The notes under the pieces: generated by a model
Seen by the model: the letters and a program-made list of their open reading frames with translations, nothing else
Told to the model about the DNA's origin: nothing
The model's database searches: none
Origin: an uncultured Alphaproteobacteria bacterium
GTDB lineage: Bacteria > Pseudomonadota > Alphaproteobacteria > Rhodobacterales > Rhodobacteraceae
Direction: 5' to 3'
NCBI GenBank assembly: GCA_963836255.1
Contig: CAWIIL010000003.1
Coordinates: 9,910-73,909, forward strand
DNA: 64,000 nt
Program-made: the position numbers and the translations under genes
In this document: positions 9,126 through 18,802 of the stretch, one piece after another
Numbering within the stretch: the first letter of the stretch is position 1
Layout: each line of letters opens with the position of its first letter

Positions 9126-10199
9126 TCAGCCCTTGTAGACACGCTCGTAACGATCGCCAAGGGCGGTGAGGATCTCGTATCCGATCGTGCCCGCCTCGGC
9201 CGCGAGGTCGTCGATGGTCTGGCTTTCGTTGAGGATTTCGAGAATGGGTGGCACCGCGTCGAGGCCGGTGACGTCGACGGTGATGAGGTCCATCGAGACC
9301 CGTCCGATCACCGGGCAGGGCCGGTCGCCGGCGAAGAGGAGGGCCCGGCCCGCGCCGAGATGGCGCAGCAGCCCGTCGGCGTAGCCCGCCGCCACGGTCG
9401 CCACCTGCGTCGGCCGCGCGGCGGTCCAGGCGGCACCGTAGCCCACCGCCTCGCCAGGCGCGACCGCGCGGGTCTGGATCACAGGCAGCGCCAGGGTCAC
9501 CACCGGCCGCGCCGCCGCGAAGGGCCGCCCGCCGTAGAGACCAACGCCGGGACGGGTCATCTGGTGATGGAACCGGTCGCCGAGCAAGACGCCGCCGGTC
9601 GCCGCGAGGCTGCGCGGGACGCCGGGGAGGCGACGGGCCATGGCGTCGAAGGCTGAGGCCTGGGCCGCGTTCATCGGGTGGTCAGGATCGTCGGCGCAGG
9701 CGAGATGGGAGAGCAGCAGGACCGGACGGGGACCGCCGGGGTCGAGGACGCCCGCGAGTTCTGCTGCCTCCATGCCCAGCCTGTTCATGCCGCTGTCGAG
9801 CTGGAATGCGAAGGCGCGACTGGGGTGGGTGGAAGTGAATGCAGCGGCTTGAGCGGGTGAGTTGAGGCATGGTATGAGGTCGCTGTCTGCGAAGAGCCCA
9901 GCGTCGCCCTCCATGTAGCCCGCGAAGACGAAGATGCGCGAGCCCGGTCCGATCGCCGCGCGGAGCACCGCGCCCTCCTCGGCGAGAGCCACGAAGAAGC
10001 TGCGGACCCCGGCCCGGGCGAGGCGCGGGCCGACGCGCGCCGCGCCGAGCCCGTAGGCGTCGGCCTTGATCACGGCGGCGGTCTCGACCCCAGGACCCGA
10101 CAGCGCGTCGAGTCGCGCCCAGTTGGCCGCGACGGCGTCGAGGTTGATGGTCAGTCGCGCGCGCGCCAAGGTGTTCCGCTCCGCGTGGAGGACTCGCAA
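9126..10199 (-). CDS. alr: alanine racemase
   Basis: PLP-lysine motif AVIKADAYGLG and C-terminal GTIGYEILTALGDRYERVY. Start uncertain (TTG 10199 or TTG 10169). Confidence 0.9.
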   Translation of the reverse strand: MRVLHAERNTLARARLTINLDAVAANWARLDALSGPGVETAAVIKADAYGLGAARVGPRLARAGVRSFFVALAEEGAVLRAAIGPGSRIFVFAGYMEGDAGLFADSDLIPCLNSPAQAAAFTSTHPSRAFAFQLDSGMNRLGMEAAELAGVLDPGGPRPVLLLSHLACADDPDHPMNAAQASAFDAMARRLPGVPRSLAATGGVLLGDRFHHQMTRPGVGLYGGRPFAAARPVVTLALPVIQTRAVAPGEAVGYGAAWTAARPTQVATVAAGYADGLLRHLGAGRALLFAGDRPCPVIGRVSMDLITVDVTGLDAVPPILEILNESQTIDDLAAEAGTIGYEILTALGDRYERVYKG

Positions 10200-10234
10200 G
10201 GAGCCCCCCTCGGGTGTGGGTCGTCAAGTGGTGA

Positions 10235-10262
10235 TTGACACCTGACAGGCAGGCCTTATGCG
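10235..10262 (+). promoter_or_regulatory. candidate sigma70-type promoter for mgtE
   Basis: TTGACA (10235-10240), 16-nt spacer, TATGCG (10257-10262), about 50 nt upstream of the mgtE ATG. Confidence 0.25.
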
Positions 10263-10313
10263 TCGGACGTTCATCGGCAGAACCGGCCCGCGTGCCGCCC
10301 GAAGGAGCGCTCC

Positions 10314-11696
10314 ATGACCGAGGTTGAGGAAGACGCCGACACGGCCGCGACCGCTCCGGACGTCCTCGATCAGGAGAAGATCGACGACATCCTGGAGACG
10401 GTCGAGGCGCAGGACCACGAACGGCTCGCGGCGCTGCTCGAACCGCTGCACGAGGCCGACATCGCCGATCTGCTCGAACAGATCGGCCGGGCCGAGCGGC
10501 GGGCGCTTGTGGTGCTCTGGGGCGAGCGGCTTGACGGGTCGGTGCTGTCCGAACTCGATGAGGGCGTGCGCGACGACGTGCTCGAGGCGCTGTCGGACGA
10601 CGTGCTCGCGGCGGCGGTGCAGGATCTCGACACCGACGACGTCGTCTATCTGGCCGAGGACCTGGACGAGCCTCAGCAGGAGCGGCTGCTCGAGGCGCTG
10701 GACGAGCCCGACCGTGTCGCCGTCGAGCGCTCGCTCCTTTACGAGGACTATTCTGCCGGGCGCCTCATGCAGCGCGAGGTGGTCGTCGCGCCCGAGCACT
10801 GGACCGTGGGCGACGCCATCGATTTCATGCGCGGCGCCGAGGACCTGCCCGAGAGCTTCTACGACCTGATCATCGTCGATCCGCAGATGCATCCCGTGGG
10901 CATGGTCTCGCTCGGGCGGCTGATGGCGGCGTCCCGCGCGACCTCGCTGATGTCGCTGATGACCGAGGACTTCCGCACCTTCGCCGTGGACGTCTCGCAG
11001 GAGGACGTGGCGCTCGCCTTCAACAAGTACCACCTGATCTCGGCGCCGGTGGTGGACGCCGACGGGCGGCTCGCGGGTGTGATCACCATCGATGACGCCA
11101 TGGAGGTGCTCGAGGACGAGGCCGAAGAGGACATGCGCCTGCTCGCGGGCGTCGGCGACGAGGAGCTGTCGGACGGCGTGCGCGAGATCGCGAAGGCGCG
11201 GTTCGGATGGCTGACGGTCAACCTCGTCACGGCGATCCTCGCCTCGGCGGTGATCGCGATGTTCACCGACACGATCGAGGCGGTGGTCGCGCTCGCGGTG
11301 CTGATGCCGATCGTGGCCTCGATGGGGGGCAACGCCGGCACCCAGACGCTGACCGTGGCGGTGCGCGCGCTGGCCACCCGCGATCTGACCACCGCCAACG
11401 TCCGGCGCATCGTCTGGCGCGAGGGCGTGGTGGGGCTCCTGAACGGGGTCGGTTTCGCGCTGATGATCGGCGGGCTCTGCTGGGCCTACTACCGCGACCC
11501 GGCGCTCGCGCTGGTGATCGCCGCGGCGATGATCGGCAACATGATCGTTGCGGCGCTGGCCGGGGTCCTGGTGCCTATCGGCCTCGAGAAGGCCGGCGCC
11601 GATCCGGCGCTGGCTTCCGGAACCTTCGTCACCACGATCACCGACGTCTTCGGCTTCTTCGCGTTTCTGGGCCTCGCGGGGGCGATCCTGCTCTGA
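10314..11696 (+). CDS. mgtE: magnesium transporter MgtE
   Basis: Acidic MgtE N-domain, tandem CBS region, C-terminal 5-TM channel domain. GAAGGAG Shine-Dalgarno upstream of the ATG. Confidence 0.95.
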   Translation: MTEVEEDADTAATAPDVLDQEKIDDILETVEAQDHERLAALLEPLHEADIADLLEQIGRAERRALVVLWGERLDGSVLSELDEGVRDDVLEALSDDVLAAAVQDLDTDDVVYLAEDLDEPQQERLLEALDEPDRVAVERSLLYEDYSAGRLMQREVVVAPEHWTVGDAIDFMRGAEDLPESFYDLIIVDPQMHPVGMVSLGRLMAASRATSLMSLMTEDFRTFAVDVSQEDVALAFNKYHLISAPVVDADGRLAGVITIDDAMEVLEDEAEEDMRLLAGVGDEELSDGVREIAKARFGWLTVNLVTAILASAVIAMFTDTIEAVVALAVLMPIVASMGGNAGTQTLTVAVRALATRDLTTANVRRIVWREGVVGLLNGVGFALMIGGLCWAYYRDPALALVIAAAMIGNMIVAALAGVLVPIGLEKAGADPALASGTFVTTITDVFGFFAFLGLAGAILL

Positions 11697-11705
11697 GGCG
11701 GGCCG

Positions 11706-13193
11706 TCAGCCGAAGTCGCGGCCCTCGCCGGACTGCTGGAATGAGCGCGCGAGGTTCGAGAACCGGGTGAGTTCGCCCTGGAAGGCCAGCTTGACGTTGC
11801 CGATCGGACCGTGGCGCTGCTTGCTGATGACCACCTCGGCGAGACCGTGCAACTCGCCCATGCGCGCCTGCCATTCGGGGAATTTGGGATCGTTCTCGGC
11901 GGGCTTGAGCCGCTCGTGGTAGTATTCCTCGCGGAAGACGAACATCACCACGTCGGCGTCCTGCTCGATGGAGCCCGATTCGCGCAGGTCGGCGAGCTGG
12001 GGCCGCTTGTCCTCGCGGGCCTCGACCTGTCGCGAGAGCTGGCTGAGCGCGACCACGGGGACGTTGAGCTCCTTGGCGATCGCCTTCAGGCCCTGCGTGA
12101 TCTCGGATACTTCCTGGACGCGGCCTTCGGACCGCGACGAAGCAGGCCGGGCGAGCTGGAGGTAGTCGACGAAGATCACGTCGAGCCCGTGCTGGCGCTT
12201 GAGCCGCCGGGCCCGGGCCGCGATGGTGGAGATCGGCAGCGCGGGCGTGTCGTCGATGAAGAGCGGGCACTGCTCCAGCGATTGCGCGGCCTCGATGAAG
12301 CCGCGCATCTGGTCCTCGGTGAGATCGCCCTTGCGGATCAGATGCGAGGGCACCTCGGAGACCTCCGAGAGGATGCGCGCGGCGAGCTGTTCGGCCGACA
12401 TCTCCAGCGAGAAGAAGCCGACGACGCCGCCCTGCACCGCGCCTTCGGTGCCGTCGGGGCGCTTGCCGCGCAGGTAGTGCTTGGCGATGTTGTAGGCGAT
12501 GTTGGTGGCCAGGGAGGTCTTGCCCATCGAGGGCCGGCCGGCGAGGATCAGCAGGTCGGAAGGGTGCAGGCCGCCCAGCCACTTGTCGAGGTCGATCAGC
12601 CCGGTGGACAGCCCCGCGAGGCCGCCGTCCCGGAGATAGGCGGCGTTGGCGACGTTGACCGCATCGGTCGCGGCGCGGCGGAAGGTCTGGAAGCCCTTGT
12701 CGCCCTTACCCTTTTCGGCGAGCTGGTAGAGCGCCTGCTCCGCGTCGACGATCTGTTCGCGCGGACCGCTTTCCAGTTCCGCCCGCGCGGCCCGGTCGGC
12801 GATGTCCTGGCCGATGACGATGAGCTCGCGTCGGATGGCCAGATCGTAGACGAGCTGGGCGTAGTCGCGGGCCGCCGAAAGCGTTATCGCCGCACCGGCC
12901 AACCGCGCGAGATAGGCCGCGCCGCCGAGTTCGGCGAGGCCGGCGTCATCCTCGAAGAACGCCTTGAGCGTCACCGGTGTGGCGAGCGCGTTGCGGCGGA
13001 TGCGGTCCGCGGCGACCTCGAAGATGCGGGCGTGCACGGGATCGAAGAAGTGCTCTGGTCCGACGATCGCGGAGATGCGGTCGTAGACGTCGTTGTTGAC
13101 CAGAAGGGCGCCGAGCAGCGCCTGCTCGGCCTCGATGTTGCTGGGCAGACCGGTGACACGGTCCTCGTCGGGGGCTGCGGATCCGTCGGCCAT
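11706..13193 (-). CDS. dnaB: replicative DNA helicase DnaB
   Basis: PSNIEAEQALLGALL N-domain and Walker A GRPSMGKTS. ATG 13193 preceded by ACGGAG; track start 13208 is TTG. Confidence 0.95.
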   Translation of the reverse strand: MADGSAAPDEDRVTGLPSNIEAEQALLGALLVNNDVYDRISAIVGPEHFFDPVHARIFEVAADRIRRNALATPVTLKAFFEDDAGLAELGGAAYLARLAGAAITLSAARDYAQLVYDLAIRRELIVIGQDIADRAARAELESGPREQIVDAEQALYQLAEKGKGDKGFQTFRRAATDAVNVANAAYLRDGGLAGLSTGLIDLDKWLGGLHPSDLLILAGRPSMGKTSLATNIAYNIAKHYLRGKRPDGTEGAVQGGVVGFFSLEMSAEQLAARILSEVSEVPSHLIRKGDLTEDQMRGFIEAAQSLEQCPLFIDDTPALPISTIAARARRLKRQHGLDVIFVDYLQLARPASSRSEGRVQEVSEITQGLKAIAKELNVPVVALSQLSRQVEAREDKRPQLADLRESGSIEQDADVVMFVFREEYYHERLKPAENDPKFPEWQARMGELHGLAEVVISKQRHGPIGNVKLAFQGELTRFSNLARSFQQSGEGRDFG

Positions 13194-13401
13194 GATCTCC
13201 GTTTCCAAGCGTCCCAGCTTATAGCGGGACGTGCGGGGACCGCGCCATTGTTAACTGCGGGCGTAACGGGGATAAGTCTGGTTCAACCTGCGCGCGCATG
13301 GTTGAACGGATTGCGACTGGCTCGCGGGGCCGCCGCGCCGCGCGGATCGAGTTGCCAGTCGCCAGGGAAGGCGACCGGCGATGGTGTTGCGCGGGGGGCG
13401 G

Positions 13402-14052
13402 CTAGGCGTGCCGGTCGTCGCTGGCGTCGCGCGGATCGTCGAGCGATCCGTCGCCGGTGGAGCGGGGCGCGTCGGCCTCGTCGACCACGTCGAGCGCCGC
13501 CGAGCCGATGTCGTCGAAGAGCTCTGCGATGTCGAACTCCGCTTCGGCGTCGGCCTCGGCCTGCAACTCCTGGATGGTCTTGCCGGCGGCCTGCATTTCG
13601 GCCTCTTCGGAGCTGCGCGCCACGTTGACCGAGATGTTGGCGATGACTTCGGGATGCAGGCGCACCTCGATGACATGCAGGCCCAGCTCCTTGATCGGGT
13701 GGTTGAGGATCACCTGCCGGCGATCGAGGCTGAAGCCGTCCGCAGTCGCGGCGTCGGCTGCGTCGCGGGTGGTGACCGAGCCGTAGAGCGCACCACCCTC
13801 GGAAGCGGAGCGGATGATCACGAACTGCTTGCCGTCAAGCTTCGCAGCGACGGCCTCGGCCTCATGCTTGAGCTCGAGGTTGCGGGCCTCGAGCTGGGCG
13901 CGGTCGGTCTCGAACCGCGCGAGGTTGGTCTGGGTTGCCCGCAGCGCCTTGCCCTGGGGCAGCAGGAAGTTGCGCGCGTAGCCCTGCTTGACCTTCACGA
14001 CGTCGCCCATCTGACCGAGCTTGGCCACGCGTTCGAGAAGTACGATTTCCAT
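13402..14052 (-). CDS. rplI: 50S ribosomal protein L9 with long acidic C-terminal tail
   Basis: [36 protein letters not shown]. Confidence 0.95.
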   Translation of the reverse strand: MEIVLLERVAKLGQMGDVVKVKQGYARNFLLPQGKALRATQTNLARFETDRAQLEARNLELKHEAEAVAAKLDGKQFVIIRSASEGGALYGSVTTRDAADAATADGFSLDRRQVILNHPIKELGLHVIEVRLHPEVIANISVNVARSSEEAEMQAAGKTIQELQAEADAEAEFDIAELFDDIGSAALDVVDEADAPRSTGDGSLDDPRDASDDRHA

Positions 14053-14064
14053 TGCTCAGGCTCC

Positions 14065-14292
14065 TCACTTCACCGCGTAGGGCAGCAGCGCCACATAGCG
14101 CGCGCGCTTGATCGCCTGCGCTAGTTCGCGCTGCTTCTTGGACGAGACGGCGGTGATGCGCGACGGCACGATCTTGCCGCGCTCCGAAATGTAGCGCTGC
14201 AGGAGCTTGACGTCCTTGTAGTCAATCTTCGGGGCGTCCTTGCCGGAGAACGGGCAGGACTTGCGCCGACGGAAGAAGGGTCTTGTGGCCAT
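14065..14292 (-). CDS. rpsR: 30S ribosomal protein S18
   Basis: [35 protein letters not shown]. Confidence 0.95.
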   Translation of the reverse strand: MATRPFFRRRKSCPFSGKDAPKIDYKDVKLLQRYISERGKIVPSRITAVSSKKQRELAQAIKRARYVALLPYAVK

Positions 14293-14308
14293 GATGTGCG
14301 CTCCTCGC

Positions 14309-14677
14309 TCAGTCGTCGCGCCGGCGGCGGCCGCCGCCGCGCTCGTCGCGCTGATTCCGGGACTGGACGACGACCGAGGGTCCTTCCTCGTGCGCCTTCA
14401 CCTTCACGGTGAGGATGCGCAGGACGTCGTCGTGAAGCCGCATGAGACGCTCCATCTCCTGGACCGCCGGCGCGGGCGCGTCCGACCGCAGGAACGCGTA
14501 ATGACCCTTGCGGTTCTTCTTGATCTTGTAGGCCATCGTCTTGAGGCCCCAGTACTCGCTGTCGATCAGCGAGCCGCCGTTCTCAGTCAGGATTCCGCCG
14601 AAATGCTCAACCAGGCCCTCGGCCTGCGCATTCGAGAGATCCTGGCGCGAAATGAACACGTGCTCGTAGAGAGCCAT
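14309..14677 (-). CDS. rpsF: 30S ribosomal protein S6
   Basis: [15 protein letters not shown] from ATG 14677. Basic/acidic C-terminal tail. Confidence 0.95.
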   Translation of the reverse strand: MALYEHVFISRQDLSNAQAEGLVEHFGGILTENGGSLIDSEYWGLKTMAYKIKKNRKGHYAFLRSDAPAPAVQEMERLMRLHDDVLRILTVKVKAHEEGPSVVVQSRNQRDERGGGRRRRDD

Positions 14678-14831
14678 TGCCAACCTTCTCACTGGCGCGC
14701 TTCAAAACGGATCCCATTTCCCTCCGGGTCCGTACGAGAGGCGACGCGATGCTCTTAATGGAGGGATGCGGCCGTCTGGCAGATCCGGGACGACAATGCA
14801 AGGGGTGGCGGGCGGCGCAGGGCTGGCGGCG

Positions 14832-17219
14832 TCAGCCCTCCGCCTCGGCCACCAGCTGCTTGACGCGCAGGAAGGTGTCGGGCGAGACGGAGATCGAATC
14901 CACCCCCGCCTCCACGAGAAGCCGCGCATAGGCCGGATCGTTGCTCGGGGCCTGACCGCAGAAGCCGACCTTGACGCCCGCGGCGTGGGCCCGCTCGATC
15001 GCCTGGTTGATCATCCAGAGCACCGCGGGGTCTCGCTCGTCGAAGACCGCTGCAAGCTCACCTGAATCGCGATCGACACCCAGCGTGAGCTGAGTGAGGT
15101 CATTCGACCCGATCGAGAAGCCGTCGAAGCGCTTGGCGAAGTCCTCGGCGAGAATGACGTTCGCGGGGATCTCGCACATGACGTAGACCTGCAGGCCGTT
15201 CTCGCCGCGGCGCAGCCCGTTCTCGGCCATGACCTCAAGCACGCGGTCGGCCTCGGCGACGGTGCGGCAGAACGGGATCATCATGATCACGTTTCGAAAG
15301 CCCAGTCGCTCGCGCAGGCGGTGGATGGCCCGGCATTCCAGCGCAAAGCCTTCGCGGTAGGCGTCCGAGTAGTAGCGCGAGGCGCCGCGGAACCCGATCA
15401 TCGGGTTCTCCTCGTCGGGCTCGAACTGCCGCCCGCCGAGAAGTTCTGCGTATTCGTTGGTCTTGAAGTCGCTCATCCGGATGATGACAGGCTTGGGGTG
15501 GCAGAGCGCGGCGATGCGTGAAAGGCCGAGCGCGAGGCTGTCGACGAAGTAGTCCGCCTTGTCGGCGTAGCCTGCGGTCAGGGTCTCGATCTCGGCCCGC
15601 GCCGCCTCGTCCTTGAGTTGGTCGAAGCGGATCAGCGCCATCGGGTGGGCGCGCACCGCGTTCGAGACCACAAACTCCATGCGCGCAAGGCCGACGCCGG
15701 CCACCGGCAGCCGCCACCAGCGGAACGCCGCGGAGGGGTTGGCGATGTTGAGCATGATATCCGTGCGGGTGTCGGGCACGCTGTCGAGCCGGGTTTCGGA
15801 GACCTCAAACTCGGCGACGCCCTCGGTCACGTAGCCGTCGTCGCCCTCGGCGCAGGACACCGTCACTTCCTGTTCGTCGTGGAGGACATGGGTGGCGTCG
15901 CCGGTGCCCACGATCGCAGGCAAGCCGAGTTCGCGGCTGACGATCGCGGCGTGGCTGGTCCGGCCGCCATGGTCAGTCACGATGGCCGCGGCGCGCTTCA
16001 TGATCGGCACCCAGTCGGGATCGGTGATCGAAGTCACGAGCACCGCGCCGTCGACGAAGCGGCTGATGTCGGCTGCGCTCTCGATCAGGCACACGCGCCC
16101 GGACACCACGGCCTCGCCGACGGCGACCCCCGCGGTGAGCCGGCGGCCTGAGCGGGTCACGCGGTAGGAGCGGATCGCGCCGGCGTCGACGCTGGACTGC
16201 ACCGTTTCGGGTCGCGCCTGGACGATGTAGATGGGTCCGTCCGCGCCGTCCTTGGCCCACTCCATGTCCATCGCGCGCCCGTAGTGACGCTCGATGACCA
16301 CGGCGTTGCGGGCGAGCGTCAGGATTTCCTCGTCCGAGAGCACGAAGGCGGCGCGCTCGGCCTTGGAGGTCGGCACGTTGCGCGTCTCGCCGCCCTTCTG
16401 GCCGGCGTAGATGAGCTTCTTCTCCTTGGCGCCGCGCCGCTTGGAGACGATGGGTGACAGCTCCGGCTCGTCGAGCAGCGGCTTGAAGACCTCGTATTCG
16501 TCCGGCGTGACCGAGCCCTGCACCACGTTCTCGCCGAGACCCCAGGCGGCGTTGATGAGCACGATCCGGTCAAAGCCGCTCTCGGTGTCGATGGAGAACA
16601 TCACGCCCGCGCCGCCGATGTCGGAGCGCACCATGAGCTGCACGCCGACCGAGAGCGCCACGTCCTCGTGGTCGAAGCCCTTGAGGGCGCGATATGCGAT
16701 CGCGCGGTCGGTGAACAGCGAGGCGTAGCAGTCGCGGCAAGCGGTCAGCAGCGCGTCTTCGCCGCACACGTTCAGAAACGTCTCCTGCTGGCCGGCGAAG
16801 CTCGCGTCCGGCAGGTCCTCGGCGGTGGCGCTCGAGCGGACCGCCACCGAGGGCGCCTCGGTTCCGGCCCTTTGCCCCAGGACCCGATAGGCCTCGAGGA
16901 TCGCGTCGCGCAGCGCATCGGGCCAGTCGCCGTGGCGTATCGCCTCGCGGATGGAGCGTCCGGCGTCCTGCAGGGTGATCTTGCCGGCCTCCTTGCGGGC
17001 CATGGTGTCGGCGATGAGATCGTCCAGCCCGTTCTCGGTGATGTAGCCGCGGAAGGCGTCCGAGGTGGTCGCGAAACCGGGCGGCACCTGGATGCCCGAC
17101 GGTCCGAGTTCCCGGACCATCTCGCCGAGCGACGAGTTCTTGCCGCCGACGAGAGCCACGTCCTCGCGCCTGAGATCCTCGAACCACATCACGAGTGGTG
17201 TTTCCGTACGCTGCGTCAT
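14832..17219 (-). CDS. ppsA: phosphoenolpyruvate synthase
   Basis: ATG 17219 inside the 1024-aa ORF, 795 aa. Phosphohistidine motif GGRTSHAAIVSRELG and C-terminal PEP-utilising domain with GSNDLTQL. Confidence 0.95.
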   Translation of the reverse strand: MTQRTETPLVMWFEDLRREDVALVGGKNSSLGEMVRELGPSGIQVPPGFATTSDAFRGYITENGLDDLIADTMARKEAGKITLQDAGRSIREAIRHGDWPDALRDAILEAYRVLGQRAGTEAPSVAVRSSATAEDLPDASFAGQQETFLNVCGEDALLTACRDCYASLFTDRAIAYRALKGFDHEDVALSVGVQLMVRSDIGGAGVMFSIDTESGFDRIVLINAAWGLGENVVQGSVTPDEYEVFKPLLDEPELSPIVSKRRGAKEKKLIYAGQKGGETRNVPTSKAERAAFVLSDEEILTLARNAVVIERHYGRAMDMEWAKDGADGPIYIVQARPETVQSSVDAGAIRSYRVTRSGRRLTAGVAVGEAVVSGRVCLIESAADISRFVDGAVLVTSITDPDWVPIMKRAAAIVTDHGGRTSHAAIVSRELGLPAIVGTGDATHVLHDEQEVTVSCAEGDDGYVTEGVAEFEVSETRLDSVPDTRTDIMLNIANPSAAFRWWRLPVAGVGLARMEFVVSNAVRAHPMALIRFDQLKDEAARAEIETLTAGYADKADYFVDSLALGLSRIAALCHPKPVIIRMSDFKTNEYAELLGGRQFEPDEENPMIGFRGASRYYSDAYREGFALECRAIHRLRERLGFRNVIMMIPFCRTVAEADRVLEVMAENGLRRGENGLQVYVMCEIPANVILAEDFAKRFDGFSIGSNDLTQLTLGVDRDSGELAAVFDERDPAVLWMINQAIERAHAAGVKVGFCGQAPSNDPAYARLLVEAGVDSISVSPDTFLRVKQLVAEAEG

Positions 17220-17360
17220 CGCCTGTCGCCTCCCCGAGCTTGTCCCACCGTGGTAGGGCTGGGGGCGGGCGGCGCATTGATCTCTGTCAATTCGCGCCGC
17301 GCCGCCTTCGCGCATGGTGCGCGCAGGAGACAAGCGCAGGCCATCGAGGACGGAGCCGCA

Positions 17361-17729
17361 ATGAACAAGGACGAAGCCAAGGCGCTGCTGGATCGCATCG
17401 AGCGGGCCCCGGCGGTCGACATCGATCTCGCGATCGCCTCGCTCAGGGCGCTGAGCGACCTGGTGGACAAGGCGCACGACGTCGGTCCGTCGGTGGTCGA
17501 CGCCACCGACAGGGCGCTGGCGCTCGTGACCGCGATGCTGCCGGGCTGGGCGGTGACGCTCGAGGGCGCCGCGCTCGAGCACGGGGGGCGTTGGACCTGC
17601 ACTCTGCGCCGAAGCGGCGCGCGCGACGACGAGGAGGTGATCGGGATCGGACGCGCGGCTTCGCCGCCGCTCTCGATCGTGGCGGCGATCCTGAAGGTGC
17701 AGATGATCCGCTCGCGCGGCTACGACTGA
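17361..17729 (+). CDS. hypothetical protein (122 aa)
   Basis: ATG 17361 within track ORF 16668..17729. Very high G/C third-position bias. Divergent from ppsA. No family recognised. Confidence 0.5.
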   Translation: MNKDEAKALLDRIERAPAVDIDLAIASLRALSDLVDKAHDVGPSVVDATDRALALVTAMLPGWAVTLEGAALEHGGRWTCTLRRSGARDDEEVIGIGRAASPPLSIVAAILKVQMIRSRGYD

Positions 17730-17962
17730 CCGCTTCGCGCAAGCGGGGTCGTATCCTCCGGTCGGCGCCTCGGTTGGTGTGGCGTCGGCGGGGCGGGCGC
17801 CAGTTCTAGAGGCCGACCGAACAGAATCGATCGAACGCCCTCGCAGGCCGATTTCTTGGTGGCGCGCCCAGTAACGGCTTTCAATGCTGGACGAAATCGG
17901 TAACATTGGAATTGGGATGGGGCGTTTCTGATTCTTTGGAATCGTGACTGCTCGCCGAGCGA

Positions 17963-18682
17963 GTGGGTGTTTATGCGCGGAAGTGCAGAGTTGTGGTGAC
18001 GATTGCGCGGCAGTATTCGCAATCCGAACTTTCGGTTGGTGCCGATGGGTCGAGACATCGTCTGATCGGGAATTCCAAAGGCTTTCGCGGTTCTTTCCTT
18101 TTTTGGTCGTCCAAGAGAGTATTCGACATATTCGTCGCGATCATTGGCCTTCCGATCATCACCGGAATCGCGCTCTGGCTGCTCCTGATCAATCCGTGGG
18201 TGAATCCGGGTCGGCTGTTCTACACCCAGAAACGCATGGGCCGGCACGGCGATGTCTTCATGGTGTGGAAGTTCCGCACGATGCGCGCCGACCCCGATGC
18301 GGCGCGGGGGCCGGACGATCCGCTCGAGCGGCACCGGATCACCCCTCTCGGCCGCTGGCTGCGCCGGACACGGATCGACGAATTGCCGCAACTGTGGAAT
18401 GTGCTCAAGGGCGACATGAGCCTGGTTGGACCGCGGCCGGATCTGCTTGAGCATGCTAGGGCCTATGTGGAGCTCGTTCCCCGCTACAACGACCGGCATC
18501 AGGTGCGCCCAGGGCTTTCGGGTCTTGCGCAGGTGCGCATGGGCTACGCCGAGGGTCTCGCGCTCACGGCGCGAAAGGCTCGCCTCGACATGATCTACAT
18601 CCGGCGGGCCAGTTGGCGTCTGGAGTGGATGATACTGCGACGCACGATCGCGGTTATACTGACGGGGTTCGGCGCACACTAG
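17963..18682 (+). CDS. polyprenyl-phosphate sugar phosphotransferase (bacterial sugar transferase, ExoY/WbaP C-domain type)
   Basis: One N-terminal TM helix (VFDIFVAIIGLPIITGIALWLLLI), KFRTM, DELPQLWNVLKGDMSLVGPRP. GTG start at 17963 is uncertain. Confidence 0.85.
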   Translation: MGVYARKCRVVVTIARQYSQSELSVGADGSRHRLIGNSKGFRGSFLFWSSKRVFDIFVAIIGLPIITGIALWLLLINPWVNPGRLFYTQKRMGRHGDVFMVWKFRTMRADPDAARGPDDPLERHRITPLGRWLRRTRIDELPQLWNVLKGDMSLVGPRPDLLEHARAYVELVPRYNDRHQVRPGLSGLAQVRMGYAEGLALTARKARLDMIYIRRASWRLEWMILRRTIAVILTGFGAH

Positions 18683-18802
18683 CGGGAGTATTGTTGCGTT
18701 CAGAAGTAGTGTATTGAATCCCTGCCCGGGCATAGAGCCTGTGCAGCCGGGAGGGCCCGGCGCGGAGGATCCGGGCACTGGAAAGTTGAGTGAGCTGCGA
18801 GT

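Noticed and set aside
13209-13401. DnaA-box-like GGGGATAA and 8-bp inverted repeat GTTCAACC/GGTTGAAC between dnaB and rplI
   Set aside because: There is a single imperfect box and a short stem without a U-tract. This is insufficient for an origin, operator or terminator call.
14832-17906. 1024-aa version of ppsA and the overlapping plus-strand 353-aa ORF 16668..17729
   Set aside because: PpsA homology starts at MTQRTETPLVMWFEDL (ATG 17219). The upstream 229 aa are Arg-rich junk. Only the last 122 codons of the plus-strand ORF lie outside ppsA and look coding.
17730-17962. ops/JUMPstart element (GGCGGTAG) in the leader of the sugar transferase gene
   Set aside because: The motif was not found by visual scan of the leader. 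The NusG paralogue may use a different recruitment signal.
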